From assembly GCA_018819175.1 (NCBI GenBank), contig JAHJQQ010000041.1, positions 8,886 to 72,885 of the forward strand: DNA of 64,000 nucleotides, in the 5' to 3' direction. This DNA comes from Gammaproteobacteria bacterium. GTDB lineage: Bacteria > Pseudomonadota > Gammaproteobacteria > Thiohalobacterales > Thiohalobacteraceae. Every line of letters begins with the position of its first letter. The first letter of the stretch is position 1. Below the pieces are notes generated by a model. It did not search any database, had not been told where the DNA came from, and worked only from the letters and a program-made list of their open reading frames with translations. The position numbers and the translations under genes are program-made. This document shows, in pieces, positions 9,645-19,683 of the stretch.

Positions 9645-10181
9645 TTAACGAGGTTGAGTCGGCGTTTGCTTATCGAACGCGGCCTTCTGAATCCACACTC
9701 GCGTGCTCGCAGCCACCCGATCAAACAGGTCAATGACATCCGCATTGCGCATGCGCACACAGCCATGCGAGCGCGGAATGCCCATCGGTTCGCTATCCGG
9801 GCATCCATGCAGATAGATATAACGGCGCATGCTGTCGACACGACCGTGCCGATTCAGACCGCGCTCCAAACCCCGCAGCCAGAGAATACGACTCAGAATC
9901 CAGTCGCGTTCCGGATAGGCGGCGGCCAATTCTTGAGTATAGATTTCTCCGGTCGGTCGCCGGCTGACGAACACTGTGTCGGGCGCACAACCCGCGCCGA
10001 TTTTGGCGCGGATTTCATGCCAGCCGCAGGGCGTACAACCACTACCGCTCTGTTCTCCTGGACCGTTGGTTGCGGTCGACACCCTATAGCTGTGCTCAAT
10101 TCGACCTTCGCGCAACAACTCAAGTCGTTGCGAGGCTAGACTGATGCGGATCAGGCTTGTTGCGGGATCAGGGTTCACCAT
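9645..10181 (-). CDS. L,D-transpeptidase-fold (YkuD) protein with no evident signal peptide
   Basis: It has the catalytic motif HGCPDSEPMGIPRSHGCVRMRNADV. I chose the start MVNPDP at 10181; the longer track ORF overlaps the upstream gene and adds no hydrophobic leader. Confidence 0.7.
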   Translation of the reverse strand: MVNPDPATSLIRISLASQRLELLREGRIEHSYRVSTATNGPGEQSGSGCTPCGWHEIRAKIGAGCAPDTVFVSRRPTGEIYTQELAAAYPERDWILSRILWLRGLERGLNRHGRVDSMRRYIYLHGCPDSEPMGIPRSHGCVRMRNADVIDLFDRVAASTRVWIQKAAFDKQTPTQPR

Positions 10182-11664
10182 GATGCACCGTGAGCAATCC
10201 ATCATAATTACCGTCCTGCGCGAGGACGTAACCGTTGATGCCCTCCCGCGTCGCATAGACCTGATCTTCATACCACAGCGGAACAACGGGCAAAGTCGCA
10301 AGCAAACGTTCCTGCAGCGCCCTATAAAGAATGACCTGACTGGCCGTATCCTGTACCTGCTCCGCCGCCTCGATTAAGGTATCGACCGTGGCATCCTGGA
10401 AATTTCCCCGGTTCGCGCCCTCAGGCGGCGCTGAGTTGCTGTGAAACACATAACGGAAGATATCCGGCGATTTAATCCCTACCCAGGAGAGACTGTAAAG
10501 TTGAAACCGTCCCGCCTTGATATCACCGTAGAATGTGCCCCAATCGTAGGTCTTGAGCGACACGTCGATACCGACCTTTGCCAGCTGACTCTGAATCACT
10601 GTAGCGAGCCGAATACGCACCGCGTCACTGGAGGTTTTATAGGTCAGCCGCAGCGGATTGTCCGGTCCATAACCGGCTTCGGCCAGTAGTGCACGGCTCC
10701 GTTCCGGATCATAGGCCACACCCTTGAGTTCCGGATGCCCTACCCAATGATCCGGTGGCAGTAGCGCACCCGCGGGACGTGCGCCCTCGTCCAGAACATA
10801 TTGGATAATGCGCTCGCGATTCAAGGCATGAGCGATGGCCAGCCGTACTTCGATCTTGCCGGTATCCTCATCCGCGATATTGAACCCCAGATACGCGAAA
10901 TTGCTGCCGGTTGCACGCCGCACCTGAATTTCCGGATCCTGATTCAGATAGGTAATGAGTTCGGCAGGCAAATCGTTCTGCAACAAGTCCACTTCGCCGC
11001 GCATCAGTTTCAGAACCCGCACCGTCGCGTCCGGGACCCTGACCACCTCGATGAGCTGCCCGTCTTCCTGACGTTGTAAACGCACAATGCCGGGGCTGGG
11101 ACGTTCCAGGAACAGCATCGGACCGCTACCTAGTGGTGTGAACAATTCATCCTTGGCTAATCTCGCCAGACGCTCGGGCAGGATACCAATGACCAGATAA
11201 CCCGGAAACAATAGATCGGGCCGCTGCAGAAAGAAATCCAATGTATCTTCGTCAACCACGTCGATACGCTCGATCAGCGCCAGCGAGGCCCGGTGCGGAG
11301 AGCCGTTGGCGGGATCGAGGATGAAATCGTAGGTCGCCTTTACATCCCGACTGGTCAGGCGAGTGCCATCATGGAAGGTGCGTCCCTCCGAACCCAGATG
11401 AAAACGGTAATAGGTCGGTGCGAATTGTTCCCAGCTTGCCAAGGCCGCTTTGGGTTGCGTCTGTTCATCGAAATCGACCAGCCGCGCATAAATCAACCGG
11501 TTGATCCGTGCCGACGTGGCGTCCGTGGTGAAGCGCGGGTCCAGGTTTGCGGCGTCACCGGCAATGGCCAGACGGATTGAATCATGATCCGGCCGTGAAC
11601 AACCTGACAGGATGCTGACAATCAGCATCGAGACGAACAGCAAACGCGGCAGTAAAAGGGACAT
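10168..11664 (-). CDS. ABC transporter substrate-binding protein, family 5 (peptide/nickel type), lipoprotein-like leader
   Basis: The leader ends in ILSGC. The family-5 SBP core includes ...R..YARLV.FD... and ...SW.G..SPDIF... Confidence 0.85.
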   Translation of the reverse strand: MSLLLPRLLFVSMLIVSILSGCSRPDHDSIRLAIAGDAANLDPRFTTDATSARINRLIYARLVDFDEQTQPKAALASWEQFAPTYYRFHLGSEGRTFHDGTRLTSRDVKATYDFILDPANGSPHRASLALIERIDVVDEDTLDFFLQRPDLLFPGYLVIGILPERLARLAKDELFTPLGSGPMLFLERPSPGIVRLQRQEDGQLIEVVRVPDATVRVLKLMRGEVDLLQNDLPAELITYLNQDPEIQVRRATGSNFAYLGFNIADEDTGKIEVRLAIAHALNRERIIQYVLDEGARPAGALLPPDHWVGHPELKGVAYDPERSRALLAEAGYGPDNPLRLTYKTSSDAVRIRLATVIQSQLAKVGIDVSLKTYDWGTFYGDIKAGRFQLYSLSWVGIKSPDIFRYVFHSNSAPPEGANRGNFQDATVDTLIEAAEQVQDTASQVILYRALQERLLATLPVVPLWYEDQVYATREGINGYVLAQDGNYDGLLTVHHGEP

Positions 11665-11669
11665 CCAGG

Positions 11670-12152
11670 TTACCAGCTAGAGTAAGGGTGATCGGCCAGG
11701 CAGACATTATAGTAACGTGGATCTGCTGAAACCTCCGCGCCCAACCAATCGGGACGCACAAAGCTCTCGGCTTCGTCGTTCAATTCGATTTCAGCCACGA
11801 TCAGTCCGGCATTGGCGCCGGCGAACACGTCGATCTCCCAGACATGCGCGCCGACCGGGACATGATAACGGGTCTTCTCCACCACCGCGCCGACACACAG
11901 ATTCGCCAACATTTCCTCGGCGTCCACCAGCGGCAGCGGATACTCGTATTCCGTGCGACGGATGCCCAGCGTGGCGCTCTTGATATTGAGAAAGGCCCGC
12001 ACGCCGTCCGTGCGCACGCGTACCGAGCTGCGCACGCCGGCATCGCCGGTCACCCGACTGAGATAGCCCTGCTTTAACTGCTGCCCGGCCTCCGCCGCCT
12101 CGCGCCAATTGTCATTCAGCACCAGGAATTTACGTTCGATTTCGATAGCCAT
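11670..12152 (-). CDS. CYTH-domain protein (CyaB/ThTPase-like)
   Basis: It has the N-terminal EIERKFLV signature and is 160 aa long. Confidence 0.8.
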   Translation of the reverse strand: MAIEIERKFLVLNDNWREAAEAGQQLKQGYLSRVTGDAGVRSSVRVRTDGVRAFLNIKSATLGIRRTEYEYPLPLVDAEEMLANLCVGAVVEKTRYHVPVGAHVWEIDVFAGANAGLIVAEIELNDEAESFVRPDWLGAEVSADPRYYNVCLADHPYSSW

Positions 12153-12271
12153 GATGCGACATGGTACGGCAGCCGGCGTGGTTGTGGTAGGACGTTAAGC
12201 TGAAATGCCAGCGATAACAACAACAGCACCTGGGTACCAGAGCCTACCGGCTTGGAGCCAATAACTCCCGT

Positions 12272-12715
12272 TCATGACCGCAGCTTGTCGCCATCGGTCC
12301 GTTCGGCCTGATGCATCCTTAATCTTACTCGCAGGCGCCGAAACGCCGGTTCCGGCAGCTCATCCGGAAACAGGGGGATATGACGCAGCCGTCGTGAATT
12401 AATCGGCCGCAGAGGCAGAATAACCAGCCAGGTTTGTACGAACGCTATCCCTTCCAGCTGAGCACTGACTGCGATGCCGTTCTCATACAGCGTCCATTGA
12501 TCATCACTCCGCCACAACAGTGTGAGCGGTGATGCAGTGCGTGTGCGATACAGGCTCAACATCAGACAGGCCAGGACAACGGTTATCAACCAAGGCGATT
12601 GCAACAGGGGTAAGGTTGTAAGGACGGCAAGATGCGTCAACCAACGCCAAATGCGACGCCGGCGTGTCGGTTGTATATCAAGTCGCAGCGGCGCCGCGAA
12701 TACGTTGGACGACAT
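12272..12715 (-). CDS. ygfX: YgfX/CptA-like small membrane protein (SdhE partner)
   Basis: Its position is immediately after sdhE. It has two hydrophobic helices followed by ...LFPDELPEPAFRRLRVRL, resembling E. coli YgfX. I chose ATG 12715, which overlaps sdhE by 38 nt. Confidence 0.55.
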   Translation of the reverse strand: MSSNVFAAPLRLDIQPTRRRRIWRWLTHLAVLTTLPLLQSPWLITVVLACLMLSLYRTRTASPLTLLWRSDDQWTLYENGIAVSAQLEGIAFVQTWLVILPLRPINSRRLRHIPLFPDELPEPAFRRLRVRLRMHQAERTDGDKLRS

Positions 12716-12941
12716 CGGCGACTTCCTTGTCGCTGGGGCGTTGACGACCGAGCAACCATTCCAGGAGCACGGCGTCGGGGCTATCCAATAAGCGCAGAAA
12801 GGCCTGTGCGCCGGTGGCATCCAGATCGGCATAACCCGTATCCAGAAACTGCAGCAACAGCAGATCCAGCTCGCGCATCCCGCGCCGGCACTGCCAACGC
12901 AACCGGTTAATTTCAGTAGCGTCTGGTAGCACCTGCATCAC
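12678..12941 (-). CDS. sdhE: FAD assembly factor SdhE
   Basis: This 87-aa protein has the motif RW.CRRGM.ELDLLL. Its start overlaps the sdhB stop (ATGA). Confidence 0.85.
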   Translation of the reverse strand: MMQVLPDATEINRLRWQCRRGMRELDLLLLQFLDTGYADLDATGAQAFLRLLDSPDAVLLEWLLGRQRPSDKEVADVVQRIRGAAAT

Positions 12942-13639
12942 ATCGACCGCTTCAGCATCAATTCTTTGATGTGGCCGATAGCGCGGGTCGGGTTGAGTCC
13001 CTTGGGGCAGACCTCGACACAGTTCATAATGGTATGACAGCGGAATAACTTGAACGGGCCTTCGAGTTCATCGAGGCGCACATCGGTCGCCTGATCACGA
13101 CTGTCGGCAAGAAAACGCCAGGATTGCAGCAATGCCGCCGGACCCAGAAATTTATCCGGGTTCCACCAGAAGGACGGACAACTGGTGGAACAGCAGGCGC
13201 AGAGGATGCATTCGTACAAACCGTCGAGCTTATCCCGGTCGGCCGGCGATTGCAGACGCTCGACCTCCGGCTCGGGATCATTATTGATGAGATAGGGTTT
13301 GGCGGTACGGTATTGGGTATAGAACTGTGTCAGATCCACGATCAGATCGCGAATCACCGGCAGCCCCGGCAACGGGCGCAATTCAATCGGTGATTTCAAC
13401 TGGGCCAGCGGCGTGACACAGGCCAAACCGTTTCGACCATTGATGTTCATGCCATCCGATCCGCACACGCCTTCCTGACAGGAGCGCCGGAAACTCAGTG
13501 TTTCATCCTGCGCTTTCAGCTCCAGCAAGGCGTCCAGCAGCATCCAGCCCGGTTGCAGCTGGTCTTCACCCAGTTCGTAATCCTGCATGTAGGGCTTGCT
13601 GTCTTTATCCGGATCGAAACGGTAGATGGAAAATTTCAT
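12938..13639 (-). CDS. sdhB: Succinate dehydrogenase iron-sulfur subunit
   Basis: It has the three Cys clusters CQEGVCGSDGMNING, CILCACCSTSCP and CHTIMNCVEVCP. Confidence 0.95.
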   Translation of the reverse strand: MKFSIYRFDPDKDSKPYMQDYELGEDQLQPGWMLLDALLELKAQDETLSFRRSCQEGVCGSDGMNINGRNGLACVTPLAQLKSPIELRPLPGLPVIRDLIVDLTQFYTQYRTAKPYLINNDPEPEVERLQSPADRDKLDGLYECILCACCSTSCPSFWWNPDKFLGPAALLQSWRFLADSRDQATDVRLDELEGPFKLFRCHTIMNCVEVCPKGLNPTRAIGHIKELMLKRSM

Positions 13640-13653
13640 AAAATCAGGTCCGA

Positions 13654-13763
13654 GGTGCTAGGCGCTAGGGCCAAGGTTGTTAAAGAGGTTCCGTTAAACC
13701 GCGTGTAAGTAGACATCACTGAACATTCAGCCCCCTCGCCCCTAGAACCTAGCGCCTAGTACC
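13654..13763. repeat. Inverted repeat element in the sdhA-sdhB spacer
   Basis: ggtgctaggcgctagg (13654-13669) matches the reverse complement of cctagcgcctagtacc (13748-13763) at 15 of 16 positions. Confidence 0.75.
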
Positions 13764-13769
13764 TATTAT

Positions 13770-15533
13770 CTAATATACCCGTGGCTTAGGCGGGAAAGTA
13801 TCGACCGTGACCGGTTTGAGGCGCACCGGTTTGTAGTCCATACGCCGTCCCTCTTTATAGAACAGACTATGGCGCATCCATTGAGCGTCATCACGATCCG
13901 GATGATCGACCCGTGAATGGGCGCCGCGGCTTTCACGGCGCTCCAATGCGGACTTGACCGTCGCCAGCGCGATATCCATCAGATTCTCCAACTCCAGGGC
14001 CTCGATGCGCGCGGTATTGAAAACCTTGCTGTGATCCTTGATATAGGCGTTCTGCAGGCGCTGTTCCAGTTCGATGACCTTATCGACACCTTGCTGAAGG
14101 ATTGTCTCGTTGCGGAACACACCACAATATTTTTCCATACAGGTTTGCAGCTCGCGTTTAAGACCATCGATCGTCTCACTGCCCTCACGGCGATCCCAGC
14201 GCGTCAGCCGCGCCATGGCCTGTTCCACGCTGTCATCGTTCAGCGCCCGGTGGTAACGGGTCTCTTTCAAATGCTCGATAATGTGATTGGCCGCGGCGCG
14301 ACCGAACACCAGGATATCCAGCAGCGAGTTGCCACCCAAGCGATTGGCACCGTGCACCGATACGCAGGCACATTCACCCGCGGCATACAGACCCAGCACT
14401 GGCTCTTCCGGGCCGTTGTGTTCCGGGACCACAACCTGGCCATAGCGGTTGGTCGGGATGCCGCCCATGGTGTAATGCGCGGTCGGATAGACCGGAATCG
14501 GCGTCTCGGCGGGGTCCATGTAGAGAAAGGTCTTGACCGTCTCGCGGATGCCCGGCAAACGCTTGGAAACAACATCCACGCCAAGATGATCCAGCTTCAG
14601 CAACACATGATCTTTTTGCGGACCACAGCCACGACCTTCCTGCACCTCGGTGTAAATGGCGCGGCTGACCACATCACGACTGGCAAGATCTTTCGCCTTC
14701 GGCGCATAGCGTTCCATGAACCGCTCGCCTTCACCGTTGAGCAGATAACCGCCCTCGCCGCGCGCACCCTCGGTGATGAGCATGCCCTTGCCGGCAATGC
14801 CGGTGGGGTGAAACTGGAAGAACTCCATGTCCTGCAGCGGTATCCCGGCGCGCAGGGCCATGGCCATGCCATCGCCGGTATTGATGAGCGCATTGGTGTT
14901 GGTGCGGAACAGCTGCCCCGCCCCGCCGGTGGCCAGCAAGGTCGTTTTGGACTCGATGACCAGCGGCTCGCCGGTCGCTATTTCCAATACCAGCGCGCCA
15001 AGCACATTGCCCTCGGCATCGCGCAGGAGATCGATGGCGAAATACTCATCGAAGAAATGCGTGCGCGCGCGGATATTCTGCTGATACAGGGAATGCAGAA
15101 TGGCATGCCCGGTACGATCGGCCGCGGCACAGGTGCGCGCCGCCTGCTCGCCACCGAAATTGCGGCTCTGACCGCCAAAGGCACGCTGATAAATCTTGCC
15201 ATTGTCCAGACGTGAAAACGGGACACCCATGTGTTCGAGCTCATACACTACGCGCGGTGCCGCGCGACACATGTATTCAATGGCATCCTGATCGCCGAGG
15301 TAATCGCTGCCCTTGACGGTATCGAACATGTGCCAGTGCCAATTGTCGGGCAAGACATTGGCCAGGGCGGCGTTCACTCCGCCTTGCGCCGCCACGGTGT
15401 GTGAGCGGGTCGGAAACACCTTGGAGACCACGGCTACGTGCGCTTCGGCCTGCGCCAACTGGAGGGCGGCACGCAAACCACCGCCGCCGGCACCGATAAT
15501 CAATGTGTCGAACTTACGACGCGGAATAGTCAT
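13770..15533 (-). CDS. sdhA: Succinate dehydrogenase flavoprotein subunit
   Basis: It has the FAD motif [12 protein letters not shown] and SHTVAAQGG (the covalent FAD His). I chose the start MTIPRRKF at 15533, which makes an ATGA overlap with the sdhD stop. Confidence 0.95.
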   Translation of the reverse strand: MTIPRRKFDTLIIGAGGGGLRAALQLAQAEAHVAVVSKVFPTRSHTVAAQGGVNAALANVLPDNWHWHMFDTVKGSDYLGDQDAIEYMCRAAPRVVYELEHMGVPFSRLDNGKIYQRAFGGQSRNFGGEQAARTCAAADRTGHAILHSLYQQNIRARTHFFDEYFAIDLLRDAEGNVLGALVLEIATGEPLVIESKTTLLATGGAGQLFRTNTNALINTGDGMAMALRAGIPLQDMEFFQFHPTGIAGKGMLITEGARGEGGYLLNGEGERFMERYAPKAKDLASRDVVSRAIYTEVQEGRGCGPQKDHVLLKLDHLGVDVVSKRLPGIRETVKTFLYMDPAETPIPVYPTAHYTMGGIPTNRYGQVVVPEHNGPEEPVLGLYAAGECACVSVHGANRLGGNSLLDILVFGRAAANHIIEHLKETRYHRALNDDSVEQAMARLTRWDRREGSETIDGLKRELQTCMEKYCGVFRNETILQQGVDKVIELEQRLQNAYIKDHSKVFNTARIEALELENLMDIALATVKSALERRESRGAHSRVDHPDRDDAQWMRHSLFYKEGRRMDYKPVRLKPVTVDTFPPKPRVY

Positions 15534-15883
15534 TGCGTCGCTCCACGCAAAACAGCGATAAACAGAACCCGCAGCGACCAGAGGCCACAGCCGGTCAGGG
15601 TCAGGGCCACGACCATGAATAATGCAATGCGCAGCCCCGTGTGCTGGACATAGTCCATAATCACGTCGCGGATGCCGACCCAGGCATGGATAAGTATCGA
15701 AAGAATAAACAGACCCGTGGTGAGATTGACCAACGGATCGGCAATCCAACCCTGCCAGTCGGCGAAGTCCTGCACCGGGTAGGTATAGAAATACTGCAGC
15801 AGATAGGCCAGGAACAGCAGCATGTACAACGCCGTGATGCGTTGCAACAGCCAGGCGCGCAGTCCATGCGCCTGCCGGCTCAC
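15530..15883 (-). CDS. sdhD: Succinate dehydrogenase membrane anchor subunit
   Basis: It is 117 aa with three TM helices and the motif [14 protein letters not shown]. Confidence 0.85.
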   Translation of the reverse strand: MSRQAHGLRAWLLQRITALYMLLFLAYLLQYFYTYPVQDFADWQGWIADPLVNLTTGLFILSILIHAWVGIRDVIMDYVQHTGLRIALFMVVALTLTGCGLWSLRVLFIAVLRGATQ

Positions 15884-16260
15884 CAGATGCTCCAGAGAAA
15901 CAGCAGCGCCAGTAGTGGCGCGGCGATATTCACTGCCAGAGCCGAAGCACGCGCGGTCGATTTAAGCACACCCACGTCCACGTCAATCAGCAGAAACCGC
16001 AATCCCGCGAGGGCATGATGAAAAATCGACCAGGCCAACACCACTTGCACGAGACGCAGCAGCGGCGATGACAGTAGTGCGGCGGCCTGCTCAAAACCCG
16101 CTTGGCCCTGCAAGGAGAGATCCAGCAGAAACGCGGCCAGAGGCAAGCTGAGGAAGAGAAAGATACCGGAGACACGGTGTCCGATAGACGCGACCGCGCC
16201 GACGGGCATGCGGATCAGTAGAAGATTGAGGAACTTTGGCCTTGACGCAGTGTGTGGCAT
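15880..16260 (-). CDS. sdhC: Succinate dehydrogenase cytochrome b556 subunit
   Basis: It begins RPKFLNL... and has [12 protein letters not shown] with the heme-ligand His. Its end overlaps the sdhD start. Confidence 0.85.
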   Translation of the reverse strand: MPHTASRPKFLNLLLIRMPVGAVASIGHRVSGIFLFLSLPLAAFLLDLSLQGQAGFEQAAALLSSPLLRLVQVVLAWSIFHHALAGLRFLLIDVDVGVLKSTARASALAVNIAAPLLALLFLWSIW

Positions 16261-16400
16261 AACCGACCTGAATAAGGTTTCGCGTGTTTATAACACCGTG
16301 CGCAGGGTTATGCCAGCCTGTGTTACCACAACCACTGTCAGGCTGACACGCACGCGTGGATTGACTACCATTGCGCGGATAGCTGCGGGGGGATTTAAAG

Positions 16401-17450
16401 ATGAACAGTGCATGGGAAACTTTTTTGCAGAATAACGGCGCCGAGTTCGATGGCGGGCAAACGGTCGTCAGTTTCGGTTCGCTCCGGCGTGAACTGAGCA
16501 TGGCACTGACCGGCACCGTGTTCGCCGACCTCTCCCAGTTGGGAATACTGGCCGTGCGGGGCAAGGATGCGGCAACCTTTCTGCAGGGGCAGTGCACCAA
16601 TGATGTCGTGAATCTCGCAGAGTCTCATAGCCAACTGAATGGCATCTGCAGCCCCAAGGGCCGTTTCCTGGCAACCTTCCGCGTGTTCCGCGATGGCGAG
16701 GGATATCTGCTGAGCATGCCGCGACAGATGTTGGAAGGCGTCGCCAAGCGTCTGCAGATGTTCATTATGCGCAGTGCCGTGATCCTGACAGACGCCAGCG
16801 ACCAGAGCATCAGGCTGGGCGTTTCCGGTCCAGCGGCCATGACCGAACTCTCCGCATTGATCAGCAGCCTGCCCTCCGCCGTCGATGAAGTCGTGCGCTC
16901 GGGTGAATACACTGTCGTGCAAATTCCCGGTGTGCAGCCACGCTTCGAAGTGCATGGTCCCATCGCCGCCATGCAGAAACTCTGGGAAACGCTGAATGTC
17001 CGCGCCGCGCCGGTGGGCACTTCGGCCTGGCAGTTACTGGATATCCTGGCGGGTCTACCGGTGATCACGCCGGAAACCACTGATGCCTTTGTCCCGCAGA
17101 TGGTGAACTATCAATTGATCGGCGGCGTGAGTTTCAAAAAGGGCTGTTACACGGGTCAGGAGGTTGTGGCCCGCATGCAGTATCTTGGCAAACTGAAACG
17201 CCAGATGTATCTGGCTAAAATTCAGAGCGACGCCGCGCCACAACCGGGCAATGATCTCTACAGTCCAGCCGATAAAGAACAGAGTGCCGGCAAGATCGTC
17301 TCTGCCGAGCCACATCCGGACGGGGGTTACATGGTCTTGGCGGTTATTCAGATAGCCAGCCAGGAGGCAGGGCCGCTGCATCTGGGGAGTAGCGAAGGAC
17401 CGGTACTGGAGTTTGCCGAACTGCCGTATGCGCTAGCTACGCCGGCCTGA
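16401..17450 (+). CDS. ygfZ: Folate-binding Fe-S cluster repair/tRNA-modification protein YgfZ
   Basis: It has the signature KKGCYTGQEVVARMQYLGKLKR. Confidence 0.85.
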   Translation: MNSAWETFLQNNGAEFDGGQTVVSFGSLRRELSMALTGTVFADLSQLGILAVRGKDAATFLQGQCTNDVVNLAESHSQLNGICSPKGRFLATFRVFRDGEGYLLSMPRQMLEGVAKRLQMFIMRSAVILTDASDQSIRLGVSGPAAMTELSALISSLPSAVDEVVRSGEYTVVQIPGVQPRFEVHGPIAAMQKLWETLNVRAAPVGTSAWQLLDILAGLPVITPETTDAFVPQMVNYQLIGGVSFKKGCYTGQEVVARMQYLGKLKRQMYLAKIQSDAAPQPGNDLYSPADKEQSAGKIVSAEPHPDGGYMVLAVIQIASQEAGPLHLGSSEGPVLEFAELPYALATPA

Positions 17451-17454
17451 CCAT

Positions 17455-17482
17455 CGTCATACCGGCTAATGCCGGAATGACG
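17455..17482. repeat. Family A repeat, single-hairpin copy
   Basis: The sequence cgtcataccggctaatgccggaatgacg lies directly after the ygfZ stop. Confidence 0.75.
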
Positions 17483-17495
17483 ATTGGGCAACTAC

Positions 17496-19466
17496 TCAAC
17501 CAACGTCGCTGGTCTTTACTATTTGCGGAAGTATCCAGCGGGTGTTTTCCAGGAAACGCGTAAATTCGTCTGCCGGTTGCGGACGACCTATGTAATAACC
17601 CTGCGCCATATCGCAGCCCATATCGCGTAATAAATTTAACGACACTTCGTTCTCGACACCTTCAGCGATTACAGCAAGACCCAGATTGTGCGCGAGATCC
17701 ACCGTGGAACGCACGATCACGGCATCGTCGCGATCATCCACCATGTCCTTGACAAAGGATCTATCGATTTTGAGTTCGCCAACCGGCAGCTTTCTCAAAC
17801 GACTAAGCGAAGAATGACCGGTTCCAAAGTCGTCTATGGAGAACTGCACGCCCTGTTCACGCAACCGTGCCAACACACCACTGACCCTGGCATGTTCGCT
17901 CAAGAACACACTTTCCGTGATTTCCAGTATCAGACAGGACGGCGGTACATCGCTGCGTTTCAGCAAGGAAACCAACTGCACCGGGAACTGCGGATCCAGC
18001 AGACTTTCCATAGACAGATTCACGGCCACTGTCAGGTCAATACCCGCTGCATGCCAGTGCGCACACTGTTGTAACGCATGCTCAATAGCCCAGACCGTAA
18101 AAGGTCTAATCAGGCCCGTCTGTTCCATAATGGGGATGAATTCATCCGGTGGCACGAAACCGCGCTTGTTATGCGGCCAGCGGGCCAGCGCCTCGGCGCC
18201 GTAGAGCGTGCCGGTACGCAGATCAACCTTAGGTTGATAATACAATTCCAGTTCTCTATTGATCAGGGCTTGACGCAAATCTCCCACCAGGGTCAGGCGG
18301 CCCGGCTGATGCTCATCCGTATTCGCATCATAAATCTCAAAGCCATAGCGGGACCGTTTTGCGGCGTACATGGCAATATCCGCATGCTTCAATAATGTGC
18401 TGACGTCCATGCCATGCATTGGATAAACTGAGATGCCGATACTGGCGGACACTGACAGACGTATACCATTGAGCTCGAACTCCGCATCAAGCGCCTCCAG
18501 CAATGAGCTGGCCAGATGACTCGCCATATCGCCGTCCGCATTGGGGATGATCACGGCGAATTCATCACCACCCAACCGGCCAACCGTGTCAGAATGACGA
18601 AGCACCTCGGAGAAGCGTGTGGCGACCTGAATAATCAGTTGATCGCCCGCCTCGTGCCCTAAACTGTCATTCACCTCTTTGAAACGGTCGAGATCGACCA
18701 TCAACACGGCAACTTTCTTTTTCTCCCGCTCCGCGACGAATAGCGCCTGTTTTAAACGGTCTTGCAGCAAAGTCCGATTCGGTAGCTGCGTGAGCTGATC
18801 ATAGAGCGCCTGGTGTTCCAGTTCATTATTGATACTGATGAGATCATTGTTCAGTTGGCGTAATTCGATCTGATAGGTCTCAGCATGCAGCTTGGCTTCC
18901 TTGAGTGCTGCATAAGAGATGGCGTTTTCGATGGCGATGCTCACATGACCCGCGAACAAAGACAGCAGATTCAAATCCTGACGGGTGAAATCACCACCGC
19001 CGAGTTTGTTGATACCGGCCAGGCCACCCAGAAACCGCCCCCTGCCGATCATGGGCACCAGGATCAGCGTCCCGGCTTCACTCTCCCAACGGTTGCGTTC
19101 GATGGGTTCCAGTTCGTCCAGGACGCCACGCCACCAGGGGCGCTTATGCCGCCATACCCAACCACAGACACCGAAATCCAAGGGTAGACTCTGACCAACA
19201 ATTTCATCGGCATTGATGCCCGCACCCGCACGATAGGTGTACTGCTCAGCATTGTCGTCCAGGACCGGTATCAGCAGCGTCTCTGCCTGAATCAATTCTC
19301 GGGCACGTTCCGCCACTAATTCGAAGACTTTCGAAAGATCGAGCTCACCGCCCACGGCAGTAACTGTTTCCTTAAGCAGCACAATTTCGCGCTCACGCAA
19401 ACGCAACTCCGTTTCCAGATCGTGGAGTCGCTGTTCTTGAGCGTTACCTGACTGCAGCTGGGTCAC
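17496..19466 (-). CDS. Cytoplasmic GAF-GGDEF-EAL signalling protein
   Basis: An N-terminal coiled coil precedes a GAF-like region. It has the motifs RLGGDEFAV and EALARW...DDFGTG...KIDRSF. Confidence 0.9.
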   Translation of the reverse strand: MTQLQSGNAQEQRLHDLETELRLREREIVLLKETVTAVGGELDLSKVFELVAERARELIQAETLLIPVLDDNAEQYTYRAGAGINADEIVGQSLPLDFGVCGWVWRHKRPWWRGVLDELEPIERNRWESEAGTLILVPMIGRGRFLGGLAGINKLGGGDFTRQDLNLLSLFAGHVSIAIENAISYAALKEAKLHAETYQIELRQLNNDLISINNELEHQALYDQLTQLPNRTLLQDRLKQALFVAEREKKKVAVLMVDLDRFKEVNDSLGHEAGDQLIIQVATRFSEVLRHSDTVGRLGGDEFAVIIPNADGDMASHLASSLLEALDAEFELNGIRLSVSASIGISVYPMHGMDVSTLLKHADIAMYAAKRSRYGFEIYDANTDEHQPGRLTLVGDLRQALINRELELYYQPKVDLRTGTLYGAEALARWPHNKRGFVPPDEFIPIMEQTGLIRPFTVWAIEHALQQCAHWHAAGIDLTVAVNLSMESLLDPQFPVQLVSLLKRSDVPPSCLILEITESVFLSEHARVSGVLARLREQGVQFSIDDFGTGHSSLSRLRKLPVGELKIDRSFVKDMVDDRDDAVIVRSTVDLAHNLGLAVIAEGVENEVSLNLLRDMGCDMAQGYYIGRPQPADEFTRFLENTRWILPQIVKTSDVG

Positions 19467-19683
19467 AACCGGGAAAACCTCGCTAAATAACCATCACTCA
19501 GGATTAAGCCTGACCTGATAGCCATTCGGTCGGCCACTCAGGTAAATCTCTTTAGCGAAATTAGCGATTTAGCACATAAAATGCAAATCGATATCGCAGT
19601 CTCGATTGAGCTGCGATTGAGTTCTACGGCGCAAGCATTTGTTATCTATATTTATTATTAATCATTCACTTATGAGATATTTA

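Noticed and set aside
13917-15215. A 432-aa plus-strand ORF. Similar long ORFs occur at 20335-21198, 32515-33507, 44089-44958, 59756-60430 and 60485-61336.
   Set aside because: All lie antisense to genes with unmistakable motifs (sdhA, lysS, thrS, HlyD-family, deaD). Their translations are low-complexity and rich in Arg, Gly, His and Gln. They are shadow ORFs typical of GC-rich coding DNA.
15534-15749. The N-terminal 72-aa extension of sdhA in the track ORF. There are similar extensions for the lipoprotein (55245-55415), DAHP synthase, the mutarotase, the GNAT and the OppB-like permease.
   Set aside because: The extensions overlap upstream genes or remnants and lack family similarity. The conserved N-termini begin at the internal ATGs used in the feature table.
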